Part shown: piece after piece, positions 63,481 through 64,000 of the stretch
Position numbering within the stretch: the first letter of the stretch is position 1
How the letters are laid out: the number at the start of each line of letters is the position of its first letter
IMG/VR virus record: IMGVR_UViG_3300006162_000012
Coordinates: 3,228 to 67,227 of that record
Source: a virus
Strand: one strand, 5' to 3'
Length of the DNA stretch: 64,000 bases
Made by a program: the position numbers and the translations under genes
The notes under the pieces: generated by a model
Seen by the model: the letters and a program-made list of their open reading frames with translations, nothing else
What the model was told of the DNA's origin: nothing
Database searches by the model: none

Positions 63481-63761
63481 GGGGTATGACGTTAGTTCCG
63501 ACCGAGGCCGACAAAAGGCTTGATGCCATTGTCACCGAAATGAACGCCACCATCGCCACCCTCCGCGAGGAAAACGCGCGGCTGGCGGAAGTTGCCGAGG
63601 GTTACCGGCGATCAGCCGTCGAATTGCAGAACGAAAAGACCGAACGGATTTTTGACCGCGCCCGCATCGCCGCCGAGACGAAAGAGCGGTGCGCGAAGAT
63701 AGCTCTGTGGGGCGAAGGGCCTATCAAAATCGCCGCCGCAATCCGAAACATGAAGGAGTGA
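63477..63761 (+). CDS. hypothetical coiled-coil protein
   Basis: shares RIAAETKERCAK with the upstream gene. Confidence 0.6.
   Translation: MRGMTLVPTEADKRLDAIVTEMNATIATLREENARLAEVAEGYRRSAVELQNEKTERIFDRARIAAETKERCAKIALWGEGPIKIAAAIRNMKE
63660..63698 (+). repeat. 39-bp direct repeat, copy 2
   Basis: 38/39 identical to 63265-63303. Confidence 0.9.
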
Positions 63762-63767
63762 GAGATA

Positions 63768-64000
63768 TGACGCAAACCGCTGCGACTGATTTTGGCCGGT
63801 TTGAAATAGATCAATTGCGAGCCGCCAACACCTCCCTCCGCGAGGAAAATGCGAGACTGATCGCAGCGTGTGATGCGTTGTTCCATTCCTATGCAGTGCC
63901 GCTTGAAAAGAGCGACAACGACAAAGCACTTCTGCGCTTTGCTGACGCCGTTAGGCCAATCGTTTATGCCGATGGAAAGGCAACGTTAATCCGCGCCCGC
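63768..64000 (+). CDS. hypothetical protein (runs off the window)
   Basis: GGAG RBS, ATG 63768; LREENARL shared with the previous gene. Confidence 0.55.

Noticed and set aside
1-64000. Integrase/repressor lysogeny module, att sites, host genes, canonical tRNA or rRNA genes
   Set aside because: None recognisable in the window; they could lie outside it, so lifestyle remains undetermined

Overview
The whole window is the genome, probably most of it, of a tailed dsDNA phage with a contractile tail. The host is likely alphaproteobacterial, since it encodes a GcrA-like regulator and is GC-rich. From about 0.5 to 41.2 kb the minus strand forms one late operon: NusG-like antiterminator, terminase, DUF1073-type portal, gp7/MuF head protein, a ~10-kb accessory block of fibre-like genes, DUF2213 protease/scaffold, DUF2184-type capsid, neck, DUF3383-type sheath, tube, frameshifted tail chaperone, tape measure, baseplate, two fibre/spike genes and lysis genes. 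A prim-pol/VirE primase-helicase and an AT-rich candidate origin follow (41.3-43.7 kb). The plus strand from 44 to 64 kb carries early and replication genes (ParB-like, PolA, Cas4-like exonuclease, SSB-like, SNF2 and UvrD helicases, GcrA-like) and a nucleotide/DNA-modification cluster. No integrase, repressor, CRISPR array, rRNA or canonical tRNA was seen. Best candidates for undescribed biology: (1) a DNA hypermodification cluster with an asparagine-synthetase-like amide ligase, a C5-cytosine MTase homologue with a natural Asn-to-Lys change in motif X (the change that makes M.MpeI a carboxymethyltransferase), a divergent amino-MTase and an Asp-type thymidylate-synthase homologue; (2) a ~175-nt tRNA-shaped RNA with its own promoter, antisense within the lysis cassette; (3) a 10-kb putative head-appendage operon with a periodic 'ruler' protein and a GH74-like propeller; (4) a tailspike-like protein with a Sec signal peptide; (5) one ~65-aa beta module inserted into four different virion proteins. 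All family calls come from recognising motifs by eye; no database search was run.
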